Source: Obrimoposthia wandeli (lineage: Eukaryota). From it: 64,000 nt of DNA. Where the stretch lies: NCBI GenBank assembly GCA_977020255.1, contig CDROCS010000985.1:1-64000 (forward strand). Direction: 5' to 3'. Positions 1-8,461 of this stretch are shown in pieces (within the stretch, counting starts at the first letter, position 1; each line of letters starts with the position of its first letter). The notes beneath the pieces are model-generated. The model searched no databases. It was not told where the DNA came from and saw only the letters and a list, made by a program, of their open reading frames with translations. The translations under genes and the position numbers were made by a program.

Positions 1-17
1 GGGAATTTAAAATCATG

Positions 18-53
18 ATAGACGGAATGATTCCGTCTATTAAGCTGTTAGAA
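18..53 (+). other. Hairpin plus GTTAGAA core: right part of a cassette recombination site opening cassette 1
   Basis: Perfect 10-bp stem ATAGACGGAA-tga-TTCCGTCTAT (18-40), then GTTAGAA (47-53), the exact reverse complement of TTCTAAC (603-609) at the end of the same gene. Confidence 0.6.
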
Positions 54-68
54 TTGAAGGAGTATAAA

Positions 69-608
69 TTGAACAAGTGTTTAACAAAGGCCGCACTAAT
101 TTTATTAGGAGGGATATCTTTATCTCTTAACGCTGAGGAACAAGCTGTTAATTCAGCCGATCTCTTAGTTGGGGCGGGTGTATTTACTATTGGTAACTCA
201 AATTGCTCAGGTTGCGATTATTCTGGTGAATTTATTGATCTTGGTTACGAATTGAATGATTTCGTAGATATCGAAGCTAAATATTCAAAAGGTGATGATG
301 ATTATAACTTTGATATTACCACTACTTATTTGGGCGCAAATATAGGATATGATTTTGATACAAAATGGTTGAAATTGTATGGGAAAGTTGGTGTTGAAAA
401 AGTTAAACAAGTTATAGGGGTTAGCTGTGGTTTTGAGTGTAACGACATCTCCCATTCTGAGTCAAAATTTGTTTATGGTGTTGGTGCTCGATTTAAGTTA
501 TCAGAAGTTGCCTCTGGGGTTTATATCGATGTTGAGGCCCAATCAATAGAACTATATAGAAAAAAATCATCGACAGTCTTATTTTTAGGTTTAGGTTATC
601 AATTCTAA
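69..608 (+). CDS. Outer-membrane beta-barrel (OmpA-like/porin family) protein, integron cassette gene
   Basis: AAGGAG RBS at 57-62 and in-frame TTG at 69 (ORF track starts at 15). Signal peptide, alternating beta-strand pattern, C-terminal LGLGYQF with terminal Phe. Stop codon overlaps the attC R'' box. Confidence 0.75.
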   Translation: MNKCLTKAALILLGGISLSLNAEEQAVNSADLLVGAGVFTIGNSNCSGCDYSGEFIDLGYELNDFVDIEAKYSKGDDDYNFDITTTYLGANIGYDFDTKWLKLYGKVGVEKVKQVIGVSCGFECNDISHSESKFVYGVGARFKLSEVASGVYIDVEAQSIELYRKKSSTVLFLGLGYQF

Positions 609-680
609 CTAGGCATTCAAACGGACAATTTACAGTTGGTTGTTCGCTTCGCTCAATTATAACCAACTGCAAATAGCCGC
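603..680 (+). mobile_element. attC site, truncated at the L' box
   Basis: TTCTAAC-taggc-ATTCAAAC-ggac; inner stem TTTACAGTTGGTT (629-641) / AACCAACTGCAAA (661-673) pairs 12/13. Ends at GCCGC where the L'/R' arm should follow. Confidence 0.75.
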
Positions 681-800
681 AATTCACAGGACACCCTTCT
701 TAAAATACTATTAAAAATCATCGGCGCTGCTCTACTTTTATTAAGATTGAACTCTTCCTATTGGTGTAGTGATATTTTATTTAAAGTGGGTGTCTAAGTT
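681..800. repeat. REP/REPIN-like inverted doublet (GGACACCC ... GGGTGTC)
   Basis: GGACACCC at 689-696 and GGGTGTC at 788-794, inverted with a ~90-bp spacer, starting exactly where the attC breaks off. Confidence 0.4.
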
Positions 801-880
801 AAATCTAAGTTAAACCATTTTTGATTGTTAAAAGAAAATAATCCAGTTAGAGTATTTTTATTAAAAATTATATAAAAAAC

Positions 881-898
881 GAGTAATTCTACAGGCTC
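881..898. mobile_element. Isolated MITE/IS terminal inverted repeat abutting a cassette GTT core
   Basis: GAGTAATTCTACAGGCTC; its reverse complement matches the left end of the 1424-1600 element at 16/18 nt. AATTCTACAGGCTCGTTA is identical at 885-902 and 1587-1604. Confidence 0.65.
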
Positions 899-919
899 GT
901 TAAGTGAAAAGGAGGTCCG

Positions 920-1356
920 GTGACAACTGAAAAGCTAATATTTGCACTTGAAATAGATGACGGTTGGCCGCCAATTAGTGCAGAAGGTATTTGGTGTGAA
1001 AAGGTTGATGATAACTATAAATTACTCAACACACCTTTTTTTATACCAGACTTAGCTTGTGGTGATATCTTCAAGGCTATTCCTGACCCTATAAATAAAA
1101 ACATTTTTGAATTCGATGTTATCGAAGAGTCTGGGAATTCAGTGATATGGGTGATGAATAACAATGACCTTGATATCCAGTCTTTCACAGAAACGCTGCA
1201 AAAAATAGGTTGTGAGTTTGAAGGTTTCCCTCGATATTCATTATTATCGGTCGACGTACCTAGCACCGTTGATATCGTAGTTTTAGAGGAACTACTTGAT
1301 TTATTCGAGGAGTCAGTTTGATTTTTGCGTACCCTGTCTGGAGGTTTGGTGAATAA
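920..1356 (+). pseudogene. DUF4265-like protein, cassette gene with apparent 1-bp frameshift near the 3' end
   Basis: GGAGG RBS, GTG start after GTTAAGT (899-905). Frame stops at 1321, but one extra G at ~1317 would read through ...ESGLIFAYPVWRFGE* to TAA 1354-1356, just before the attC. Family call from recalled motifs. Confidence 0.6.
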
Positions 1357-1360
1357 TTTC

Positions 1361-1423
1361 ACCATACAAGTCATTCAAAAGAACAAAAAAAAGTTTGCTG
1401 TTTTTTGTCCTTAATGAGGCGTT
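1361..1423 (+). mobile_element. Short attC site
   Basis: ACCATAC-aagtc-ATTCAAAAGAACAAAAAA ... TTTTTTGTCC-TTAATGAGGC-GTT: imperfect dyad with degenerate R'', ending in the GTT core. Confidence 0.65.
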
Positions 1424-1600
1424 GAGGCTGGAGAATTACTCCAAAGTAGAAAATTGTGGATGACTTTTGTGTTCATACAGCCCGTAAAACTCACATTATA
1501 GTGGAATATTCCCTCAGATTTTACGTAGCATCGTAATTTGAGGCTTAATTTTTAATAAATTATGAGGTTGTTTTTTCTAAAATAGAAATTCTACAGGCTC
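1424..1600. mobile_element. 177-bp non-autonomous element (MITE) inserted in the attC GTT core
   Basis: Ends GAGGCTGGAGAATT (1424-1437) and AATTCTACAGGCTC (1587-1600) are inverted repeats (12/14). Flanked by GTT at 1421-1423 and 1601-1603. No long ORF. Confidence 0.75.
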
Positions 1601-1623
1601 GTTAGCTTATTCAAGGAAGTCCT

Positions 1624-2082
1624 ATGCATCGCATTATAATTTTAACCTTATCTGTTCTTTTTTCTTGTGCCGTAATAGCTGATACAGCTATTGATAGTAA
1701 AAATATAAAACGAGCTGTACTAGATTACATAGAGTCGCAACACAAAGTCGAACCAGAACTAATGAAAAGGGGTTTAGATAAAAAGTTAGCTAAAAGAACT
1801 TACTGGGAATCTAAGGACGGCTCAGAGATTATAATGGAGACCAATTTTGAAACGATGGTGTGGGTGGCTGAAAACTACAACAAAGATGGTAATAAATTCC
1901 CGTCATCTCCCAAAGTTGATGTCAACATACTCGATATTGATAATCGAGTTGCATCGGTAAAATTAACAGTGGATGATTGGATCGATTACATGCATTTATA
2001 TAAAAATGAAAATAACGAATGGAAAATAATTAACGTTTTGTGGCAATACCATGATACGAAAAAACATTCGAGTAAACCGTAA
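1624..2082 (+). CDS. Secreted NTF2-like (putative lumazine-binding family) protein, cassette gene
   Basis: Signal peptide; C-terminal ASVKL...DYMHLYK...WKIINVLW pattern. Cassette opens GTTAGCT (1601-1607) and closes AGCTAAC (2082-2088), exact complements. Confidence 0.75.
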   Translation: MHRIIILTLSVLFSCAVIADTAIDSKNIKRAVLDYIESQHKVEPELMKRGLDKKLAKRTYWESKDGSEIIMETNFETMVWVAENYNKDGNKFPSSPKVDVNILDIDNRVASVKLTVDDWIDYMHLYKNENNEWKIINVLWQYHDTKKHSSKP

Positions 2083-2149
2083 GCTAACAAGGCAATTAAG
2101 CGGAACTAAACAACTTAACTATGCCACCCATCAAGTTATCATGGGTGGC
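2082..2149 (+). mobile_element. attC left arm truncated by a GCCACCCAT/ATGGGTGGC hairpin
   Basis: AGCTAAC-aaggc-AATTAAGC-ggaac, then a 9-bp stem at 2123-2131/2141-2149. No matching right arm or GTT core. Confidence 0.55.
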
Positions 2150-2187
2150 CTGATAAAAATTTGATAAAAATTGCAAGTGGCTTATAA

Positions 2188-2532
2188 ATGAAAAAATGGA
2201 TGGCTTCACCTCAGAAAGTGAAAATTACAAAGTCGATGAAAGACTCTGTAAGCGAAGAAGGGAGTACTCTAATAGATAATGTGCTTAAGCCTCTTTTCAT
2301 AAAACCAGAAGAAGAGAATTACTGCTCTAATCAGGTTTTTGATATCGAATTAAAGTGGCGAGGAAATTCACTATATCTTTTGGCTAAATATAATTGTTTA
2401 GGTGAAAATGCAATATCACCTACATTTGAAAGTAAGTTTGCAAAATTAGTATTTGTGGGCAACGATAAGTTCAATTTGTCCTATATGCGTCATAATGATA
2501 ATGGTGTAATTATGATAGTCGATTTGATTTAA
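2188..2532 (+). CDS. Hypothetical protein (DUF3024-like), possibly C-terminally disrupted
   Basis: 114-aa ORF with KWRG..Y and F.LSYMRH motifs. Family call from memory. Confidence 0.5.
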   Translation: MKKWMASPQKVKITKSMKDSVSEEGSTLIDNVLKPLFIKPEEENYCSNQVFDIELKWRGNSLYLLAKYNCLGENAISPTFESKFAKLVFVGNDKFNLSYMRHNDNGVIMIVDLI

Positions 2533-2592
2533 ATGCAGATATTAGTGTTGATTGTTCAACCATAGTTTTAATAGGTAACGCTTACATGGTTG

Positions 2593-2612
2593 GTATAACA
2601 AAACAGTTAGAC
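2593..2612 (+). other. Tyrosine-recombinase simple-site-like dyad (attI-like)
   Basis: GTATAAC-aaaaca-GTTAGAC: 6/7 inverted match with a 6-bp spacer; the right box fits GTTRRRY. Confidence 0.35.
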
Positions 2613-2640
2613 ATGTTTGTCGCTCCACACATTATAGCCA

Positions 2641-2846
2641 ACTTATGTGGACTCCCCCTTGTCAACAACAAAAATAATAACACAAAGAAATAAATGCGTA
2701 CTTATGTACGAGCTCTAAAATGAGAAGCTATCTCTGGCTCTTTGATATTTACGCGAACTCGTTGTCAAATCTGTTAAGCGAGCGCTAAGCTCTCTGTTGG
2801 CTACTGACTAAACGAGCTGATTTTTATCTTCGTTAGCACGGACAAA
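2641..2846 (-). mobile_element. IS1111-like (IS110 family) non-coding right end, candidate bridge/seek RNA; transposase absent
   Basis: Minus strand ends TTGACAAGGGGGAGTCCACATAAGT (subterminal-IR-like motif with a -35 hexamer). Internal 8-mers match the element end (2700-2707 = 2641-2648) and the flank (2796-2803 = reverse complement of 2635-2642). Confidence 0.5.
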
Positions 2847-3167
2847 GGGGTCAGGTCTTTCTTTTTTCACTCATTCATTATTGCTAATATTTAGTTATTA
2901 ATTTGCCAAATTTGATCGGTGAAAGGGGTGCTAGGCCGTTAAGGTCAGATTTCGCAGGTGCTTTATATCATGTTAGATCACGAGAGAATGAACGAAAGCT
3001 AATTTAGTAAGGTCGTGATAAAAAGCAAGAGCTGTCCTCTTTTACTTTTAGAAAGCCTATGACTAAACCGACAAATTAAACCCTAGATTAAGCTAGCCTC
3101 GACTGTGTAAAATTTATTACTAATTTTTCAATCAAGCCACTGAACCATTATCTAGCTTAGTTTAACT

Positions 3168-3199
3168 TAGCGCTTAAGTCGCAAGCCGATTAAGCGCTA
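3168..3199. terminator. Hairpin downstream of mnmC
   Basis: TAGCGCTTAA ... TTAAGCGCTA, 10-bp stem. Confidence 0.45.
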
Positions 3200-3221
3200 T
3201 TACACCAACACTCTCGCAGAA

Positions 3222-5239
3222 CTAATCAAACTTACGGCGAATAATGTCACGAATAACAAAACGATTAGGGGCAAGATTAAACAGTTGCTCGTTGTCTAAC
3301 GGGTAGGGCATACCGCAAATATCTGCCGTTAAAATATCGGCAAGTAAGGGGGCAGTGCAAAGTCCTCGCGCCCCTAATCCTGTCATCATGTAAAGGTTGT
3401 TAATCACTGGCGCTGGCTGGTCATAACGCCAACGTTTGTCTTTGCTCAGGTGTTGATATTGTACTTTGTGCGCGTCAATATCTGGCATAGCACCTACCAT
3501 TGGCAAGTGATCAGGTGTCATGCAACGCAAGCGCGCTTTACTACTCACCACATCACTGATTTTCCATTGGGTTAAACCTGGTAAGCATTTATCTAACATA
3601 GCAAGGTTAAACTCATCTTCTGCAGTCTTGCTGTCGATATCAACGCTATTTTTTTTGAAGGTTGCACCGATACAGTGAAGGTTGTTACTTGCTGGCGTTA
3701 AATAGCCCTTGTGGCAAATAACCGTTGCCAGTTTTGCTATTTCGCCATGGCTGGCCATATTGCTGACTTGTCCGCGTACCGGCGTTAATGGCATTTGGTC
3801 AATCACATTTAACGCAATGCCTTGCGCACCGCCACAATATATAACGACGTTGGCAGGAATATTTTCAGTATCACTGTGTAGTAGCCACTTTCCTGTTGGT
3901 TGTTGGCTAATACTATTGATTTTACAGCCAGTTTCTATACGCAGGCGATTACTTGATTCCGCCGCCTTAAATATCGCTTTAACCAATTGTGGCGGGGCTA
4001 TCCATCCGGCTTTTGGAAAAAAAAGACCACCATGATTTAGCGTAATGCCCGCTAAACTACTGGCTTGATCTTTATCAATGCTATGCAATAAATTTTCTGG
4101 CCAAATACTAGAGTCAGCGATGTGTTGTTGGCGTAACTCTAGCGCGGGCTTGTAGGATATTTCTAATAAGCCACACCAGTCATGATCATAGTGATGACCT
4201 TGCTCGCTGATGTTTTTATAAAAGCTAAGCGCTTGCTCGAATGCTCGTTGGTAAAACAGACTAATATCATCAGCCTGTTGATGAATAAGTGGGTACAAAG
4301 CGCCAATGTTGTTGCTTGATGCACCTTGCGCGACACTGAAGTCTTGACAGTAAACGGTGACTTTAACGCCACTTTTTGTCAATGCATAAGCGGCACATGC
4401 TGATGCGATGCCACCGCCAATAATGCTGACATGTTGGGGCTTAGCAATAAGAGGACGTTGTTGGTAGCCTTTGCCTGAAAGTGGGTTTTGTTGAAATACC
4501 GCGGTTAACATTTCATTTTTTTTGCCGTCAGTACTTCGCTTTTCAACACGAAAGCCTGCCGCGACTAATTGCCGCTTAACTTTACCTGATACGGTAAAGG
4601 TTGAAAGTGTAGCTTGCTCTTTTGACAAGCGAGAAATTTGCTTAAATAGTGCTTCGTGCCACATGTCAGGATTTTTAGCTGGCGAAAAGCCGTCAAGAAA
4701 CCAAGCGTCGACCATTGCCGCATGCTTATTTTGCTTAAAAGAATGTTGCGAGGACTTTGCTGGTGCAAGTGTTGCTAAACCTTGTGTGGCATCGTCAAAT
4801 ATTAATGTTAAGGTTACTGCACCGCTAAGAGCAGCACGCGAGCTTTAAAAGTAAAGTCAGCGATAAGCTGCTGACTAAATGGCGCAAGCTGCGGTAATAT
4901 TGCTAAAGATTGTGCAAGTTGCGCTCTTGATAGTGGGTACTTTTCTACACTGATAAAGTGCAAGGCGCTGACCGATGCAAAATGCTGCTGGTTTTTATTG
5001 TGTCGTATTTGATCAAATATTTGTAAGGTGAGCAAAAAGTTTAGCCCAGTACCAAAGCCGGTCTCAGCGATAACAAAGTTTTCTTGGCTTTTGGCTAAGC
5101 GAGCTCTAATATTATTACCGTTAATAAAGACATTTTCACTTTGGCTAGTACCTTCGCTGGTATCAAAGTAGATGTCACCGAATTGGCTTGAATAGGGTGA
5201 ACCATCATTTTGAAAGGTAATCTTTGCTTGTTCAATCAC
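3222..5239 (-). pseudogene. mnmC: Bifunctional tRNA mnm5s2U34 methyltransferase/FAD-dependent oxidoreductase, split by a frameshift at ~4815-4850
   Basis: N part (4814-5239) has FGDIYF and ETGFGTGLNF; C part has [15 protein letters not shown] and GLGARG. The C-part frame extends upstream of its first Met (...[14 protein letters not shown]...). Divergent from fabB as in enterobacteria. May be a sequencing error. Confidence 0.9.
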
Positions 5240-5365
5240 AATATTTAGCTGCTTCTTGTTGTCGGTCTACAAGCAAATTAATAAATTAATCTGATTGCTA
5301 TTAATGATAAAAAAAGGTTATTTTACCGTGTATTACAAAGTTCTGTCATAAAAATATAATATTTC

Positions 5366-5383
5366 AGTGTACAAGTGTACGCT
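5366..5383. promoter_or_regulatory. FabR-type operator upstream of fabB
   Basis: AGTGTACAAGTGTACGCT, a near-palindrome matching the FabR consensus AGCGTACAnnTGTACGCT. Confidence 0.75.
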
Positions 5384-5454
5384 GGACAGACCAGTATAGG
5401 GGGCAAAAGTATGTATGATACGCCCAGATTTTTTAATTGAATATGGTTATTTAA

Positions 5455-6666
5455 ATGAAACGTGTAGTTATCACTGGATTAGGCATTGTATCAAGTATTG
5501 GTAATGATGCAGAAGAAGTATTAGCGTCGTTGCAAACAGGACGTTCTGGCATTACCCGCTCTGAAAGTTTTGCTGAGATGGGTTTACGTAGTCAAGTTTG
5601 GGGTAAACCTGAAATTGAAGTGAAAGACCACATTGACCGCAAAGCTTTACGTTTTATGGGCGAAGCGTCAGCTTATGCTTATATAGCCATGGATCAAGCC
5701 ATTAAAGACTCTAAGTTAACTCCTGAACAAGTATCGAACTTCCGTACCGGTATTGTTGCCGGCTCTGGTGGTGCTTCTTCAGAGAACGTAGTTAACTCAG
5801 CAGACACATTACGCGAGAAAGGCGTTAAACGTGTTGGTCCGTATGCGGTACCAAAAACTATGTCGAGCACGATTTCGGCTTGTTTAGCGACACCGTTTAA
5901 AATTTTAGGCGTTAACTATTCAATTAGTTCTGCTTGTGCAACCAGTGCGCATTGTATTGGCCATGCAGCTGAACTTATTCAACTTGGCAAGCAAGACGTA
6001 GTATTTGCTGGCGGCGGTGAAGAAGTGCATTGGTCATTAGCCATGATGTTTGATGGTATGGGCGCGTTGTCTTCTAAGTACAATGACACACCTGAACTTG
6101 CTTCTCGTACCTATGATGCAGACCGTGACGGTTTTGTTATTTCTGGTGGCGGCGGTATGGTTGTTGTTGAAGAACTTGAACACGCTTTAGCCCGTGGCGC
6201 GCACATTTATGCTGAAATTGTTGGTTACGGCGCAACGTCTGACGGTTTTGATATGGTAGCTCCAAGTGGTGAAGGCGCAATTCGTTGTATGCAACAAGCA
6301 ATGCAAGGTGTTGACGCAAAAGTTGATTACTTAAACACGCACGGTACTTCTACGCCAGTGGGTGATGTTAAAGAACTTGGCGCTATTCAAGCGGTATTTG
6401 GTGATGACTCTCCAGCGATTAGCGCAACCAAAGCAATGACAGGTCATGCTTTAGGTGCTGCTGGTGTTCATGAAGCTATTTTCTCATTACTAATGATGGA
6501 AAATAACTTTGTTGCTCCTTCTATTAATATCAATACGCTAGATGAAAAAGCTGAAGGCTTAGACATTGTTACCGAAAAGCGCGACATGGAGCTTAATTTA
6601 GTTATGTCGAACAGCTTCGGTTTTGGTGGTACTAACGCAACACTTGTTATGCAAAAGTATAAATAG
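5455..6666 (+). CDS. fabB: Beta-ketoacyl-ACP synthase I
   Basis: SACATS, HGTST and GHALG catalytic motifs; C-terminal [10 protein letters not shown]. Confidence 0.97.
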   Translation: MKRVVITGLGIVSSIGNDAEEVLASLQTGRSGITRSESFAEMGLRSQVWGKPEIEVKDHIDRKALRFMGEASAYAYIAMDQAIKDSKLTPEQVSNFRTGIVAGSGGASSENVVNSADTLREKGVKRVGPYAVPKTMSSTISACLATPFKILGVNYSISSACATSAHCIGHAAELIQLGKQDVVFAGGGEEVHWSLAMMFDGMGALSSKYNDTPELASRTYDADRDGFVISGGGGMVVVEELEHALARGAHIYAEIVGYGATSDGFDMVAPSGEGAIRCMQQAMQGVDAKVDYLNTHGTSTPVGDVKELGAIQAVFGDDSPAISATKAMTGHALGAAGVHEAIFSLLMMENNFVAPSININTLDEKAEGLDIVTEKRDMELNLVMSNSFGFGGTNATLVMQKYK

Positions 6667-6724
6667 AATTGCCGTTGGCTTAATGCTACCGCTAGATTGA
6701 CCTGAGCTAGCTTTAAGGTAAATT

Positions 6725-6753
6725 AAAAACCGCTAATTTTTAGCGGTTTTTTT
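6725..6753 (+). terminator. Rho-independent terminator
   Basis: AAAAACCGCTA-atttt-TAGCGGTTTTTTT. Confidence 0.85.
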
Positions 6754-6867
6754 GTGCTTAAAAAATCACAAATAATAAAAGTGCTGGAGATGAATCGTTC
6801 GGTGTTTTTTATTATAAATTTAGCTACAATAAGCACCTTGTCTTTTTATGATTATGTATGACTTATT

Positions 6868-7218
6868 ATGCCTCATTGTATTATTGAATATTCTGCAAAA
6901 ATTACTGAAAGCCTACCTGTTGAACAGCTAATGCACGCTGTTTATAAAGGTGCAAACCAAAGCGAACTTTTTACTTCCTCTGATATAAAAGTACGCGCAT
7001 GCGCTTATGATGATTTTTACCTTCCCGGTGCTGAGCAAGTGTTTGTCCACGTTAATATGAAAATATTATCAGGTCGTGATTTATCGCAACGTAAAAGTTT
7101 AAGTGCAAGTGTGAGCAACCAACTTGAGCGTTTAGGCATTGAAAATGCGATTGTTACTGTTGAAGTGACTAATATTGAAAAAGACAGTTATGTTAAACAA
7201 GTGACTGTAAACGCTTAA
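6868..7218 (+). CDS. 5-carboxymethyl-2-hydroxymuconate isomerase (tautomerase superfamily) protein
   Basis: N-terminal MPH with catalytic Pro; FVHV..KILSGR....K motif. Confidence 0.8.
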   Translation: MPHCIIEYSAKITESLPVEQLMHAVYKGANQSELFTSSDIKVRACAYDDFYLPGAEQVFVHVNMKILSGRDLSQRKSLSASVSNQLERLGIENAIVTVEVTNIEKDSYVKQVTVNA

Positions 7219-7319
7219 AGTAAATGCTTGATCTGACTGCTTTGTTAAAAATATTTTTATAGCACTTGGTTAGAAAGCACACTCAGAAAAATTACAGATA
7301 ACATGACTGGATAGACGAA

Positions 7320-8447
7320 ATGAATATTTTTTATGATGAAAATATGCCTTTTGCAGCGGAATTTTTTGCAGACTTAGGTGTGTTAAGTGCGTTTTCTGGC
7401 CGTACTTTATCAGCGCAAGATGTTAGCGATGCTGATGTGCTATTGGTGCGTTCAATTACCAAAGTAAATGAGCGTCTTCTCGAGAAAAATAAACGCTTAA
7501 GCTTTGTTGGTACTGCTACGATTGGCGTTGATCATATAGATCAAAACTATTTAGCGGATCGTAAGGTTAATTTTCATTCTGCACCCGGTTGTAATGCGAC
7601 TTCAGTTGCTGAATATGTGCTTAGTGCGATGGTGATTTTAGCTGAGCGCTATTTATTGTCTTTGTCTGAGTTAACTGTTGGTATTGTTGGTGCGGGTAAT
7701 ACTGGCTCAAGGCTAAGTGAAAAGCTAACCGCGTTAAATATTAACCATGTATTGTGTGACCCAATATTGGCCCAAAATTCTGCCGATAAACGCACTTTTG
7801 TTTCCCTTGAAAAAGCATTGAATTGTGATGTTATTTCGTTGCATGTGCCGTTAACGCGTGCAGGGCAACACCCTACTTACCATTTATTGGATGCTGAACG
7901 CTTAAAGCAATTGCGTGATAGTCAAATACTGATTAACGCCTGTCGCGGAGAAGTTATCGATAATCAAGCTCTGCTCAACATGAAACAAGCTGGTCATCCA
8001 ATAAAATTGGTGCTCGATGTTTGGGAAGCTGAGCCTAATATTCTGATGGCGCTAATCGAGCATTGTGAAATAGCTACTGCGCACATTGCTGGTTATAGCT
8101 TAGAAGGAAAAGCTCGTGGCACCGAAATGCTGTATCGGGCATTATGCAAACAGCTTGATATTTCACCGAATAAGCAGCTTAGTGACTTTTTACCGATACC
8201 TGCTATTAGTTCGATTGAAATTAAACAAGCATTTGATGAAATACTGTTAAACCAGCTCGTGAAAATGGTATACGATGTCAGACGTGACGATGCAATTTTT
8301 CGTCAACAGATTAATATTCAAGGATTTGACCATATTCGTAAAACTTACCCGACTCGCCGGGAGTTTTCGTCAGTCACTGTCAACTTGAATAACGCGTTGA
8401 GCTTAGATGTGCCACATCAGCTTGGCTTTAAAAAACAAACTGGATAA
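7320..8447 (+). CDS. pdxB: 4-phosphoerythronate dehydrogenase
   Basis: LLVRSITKV, TATIGVDH, GIVGAGNTG, HIAGYS; upstream of asd. Confidence 0.95.
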   Translation: MNIFYDENMPFAAEFFADLGVLSAFSGRTLSAQDVSDADVLLVRSITKVNERLLEKNKRLSFVGTATIGVDHIDQNYLADRKVNFHSAPGCNATSVAEYVLSAMVILAERYLLSLSELTVGIVGAGNTGSRLSEKLTALNINHVLCDPILAQNSADKRTFVSLEKALNCDVISLHVPLTRAGQHPTYHLLDAERLKQLRDSQILINACRGEVIDNQALLNMKQAGHPIKLVLDVWEAEPNILMALIEHCEIATAHIAGYSLEGKARGTEMLYRALCKQLDISPNKQLSDFLPIPAISSIEIKQAFDEILLNQLVKMVYDVRRDDAIFRQQINIQGFDHIRKTYPTRREFSSVTVNLNNALSLDVPHQLGFKKQTG

Positions 8448-8461
8448 AAGAGAGAGGATCC

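Noticed and set aside
885-902. AATTCTACAGGCTCGTT as a group II intron domain V remnant
   Set aside because: The reverse complement gives GAGCC but no domain V/VI stem; the TIR plus GTT duplication explains it better.
2631-2665. TTGACA and TATAAT on the minus strand as a perfect sigma-70 promoter
   Set aside because: The spacer is 23 nt, too long; the -35 would only be useful at a circle junction.
2900-3000. Possible riboswitch in the gap before mnmC
   Set aside because: No match to c-di-GMP or other aptamer consensus that I can recognise, and no downstream gene on that strand.
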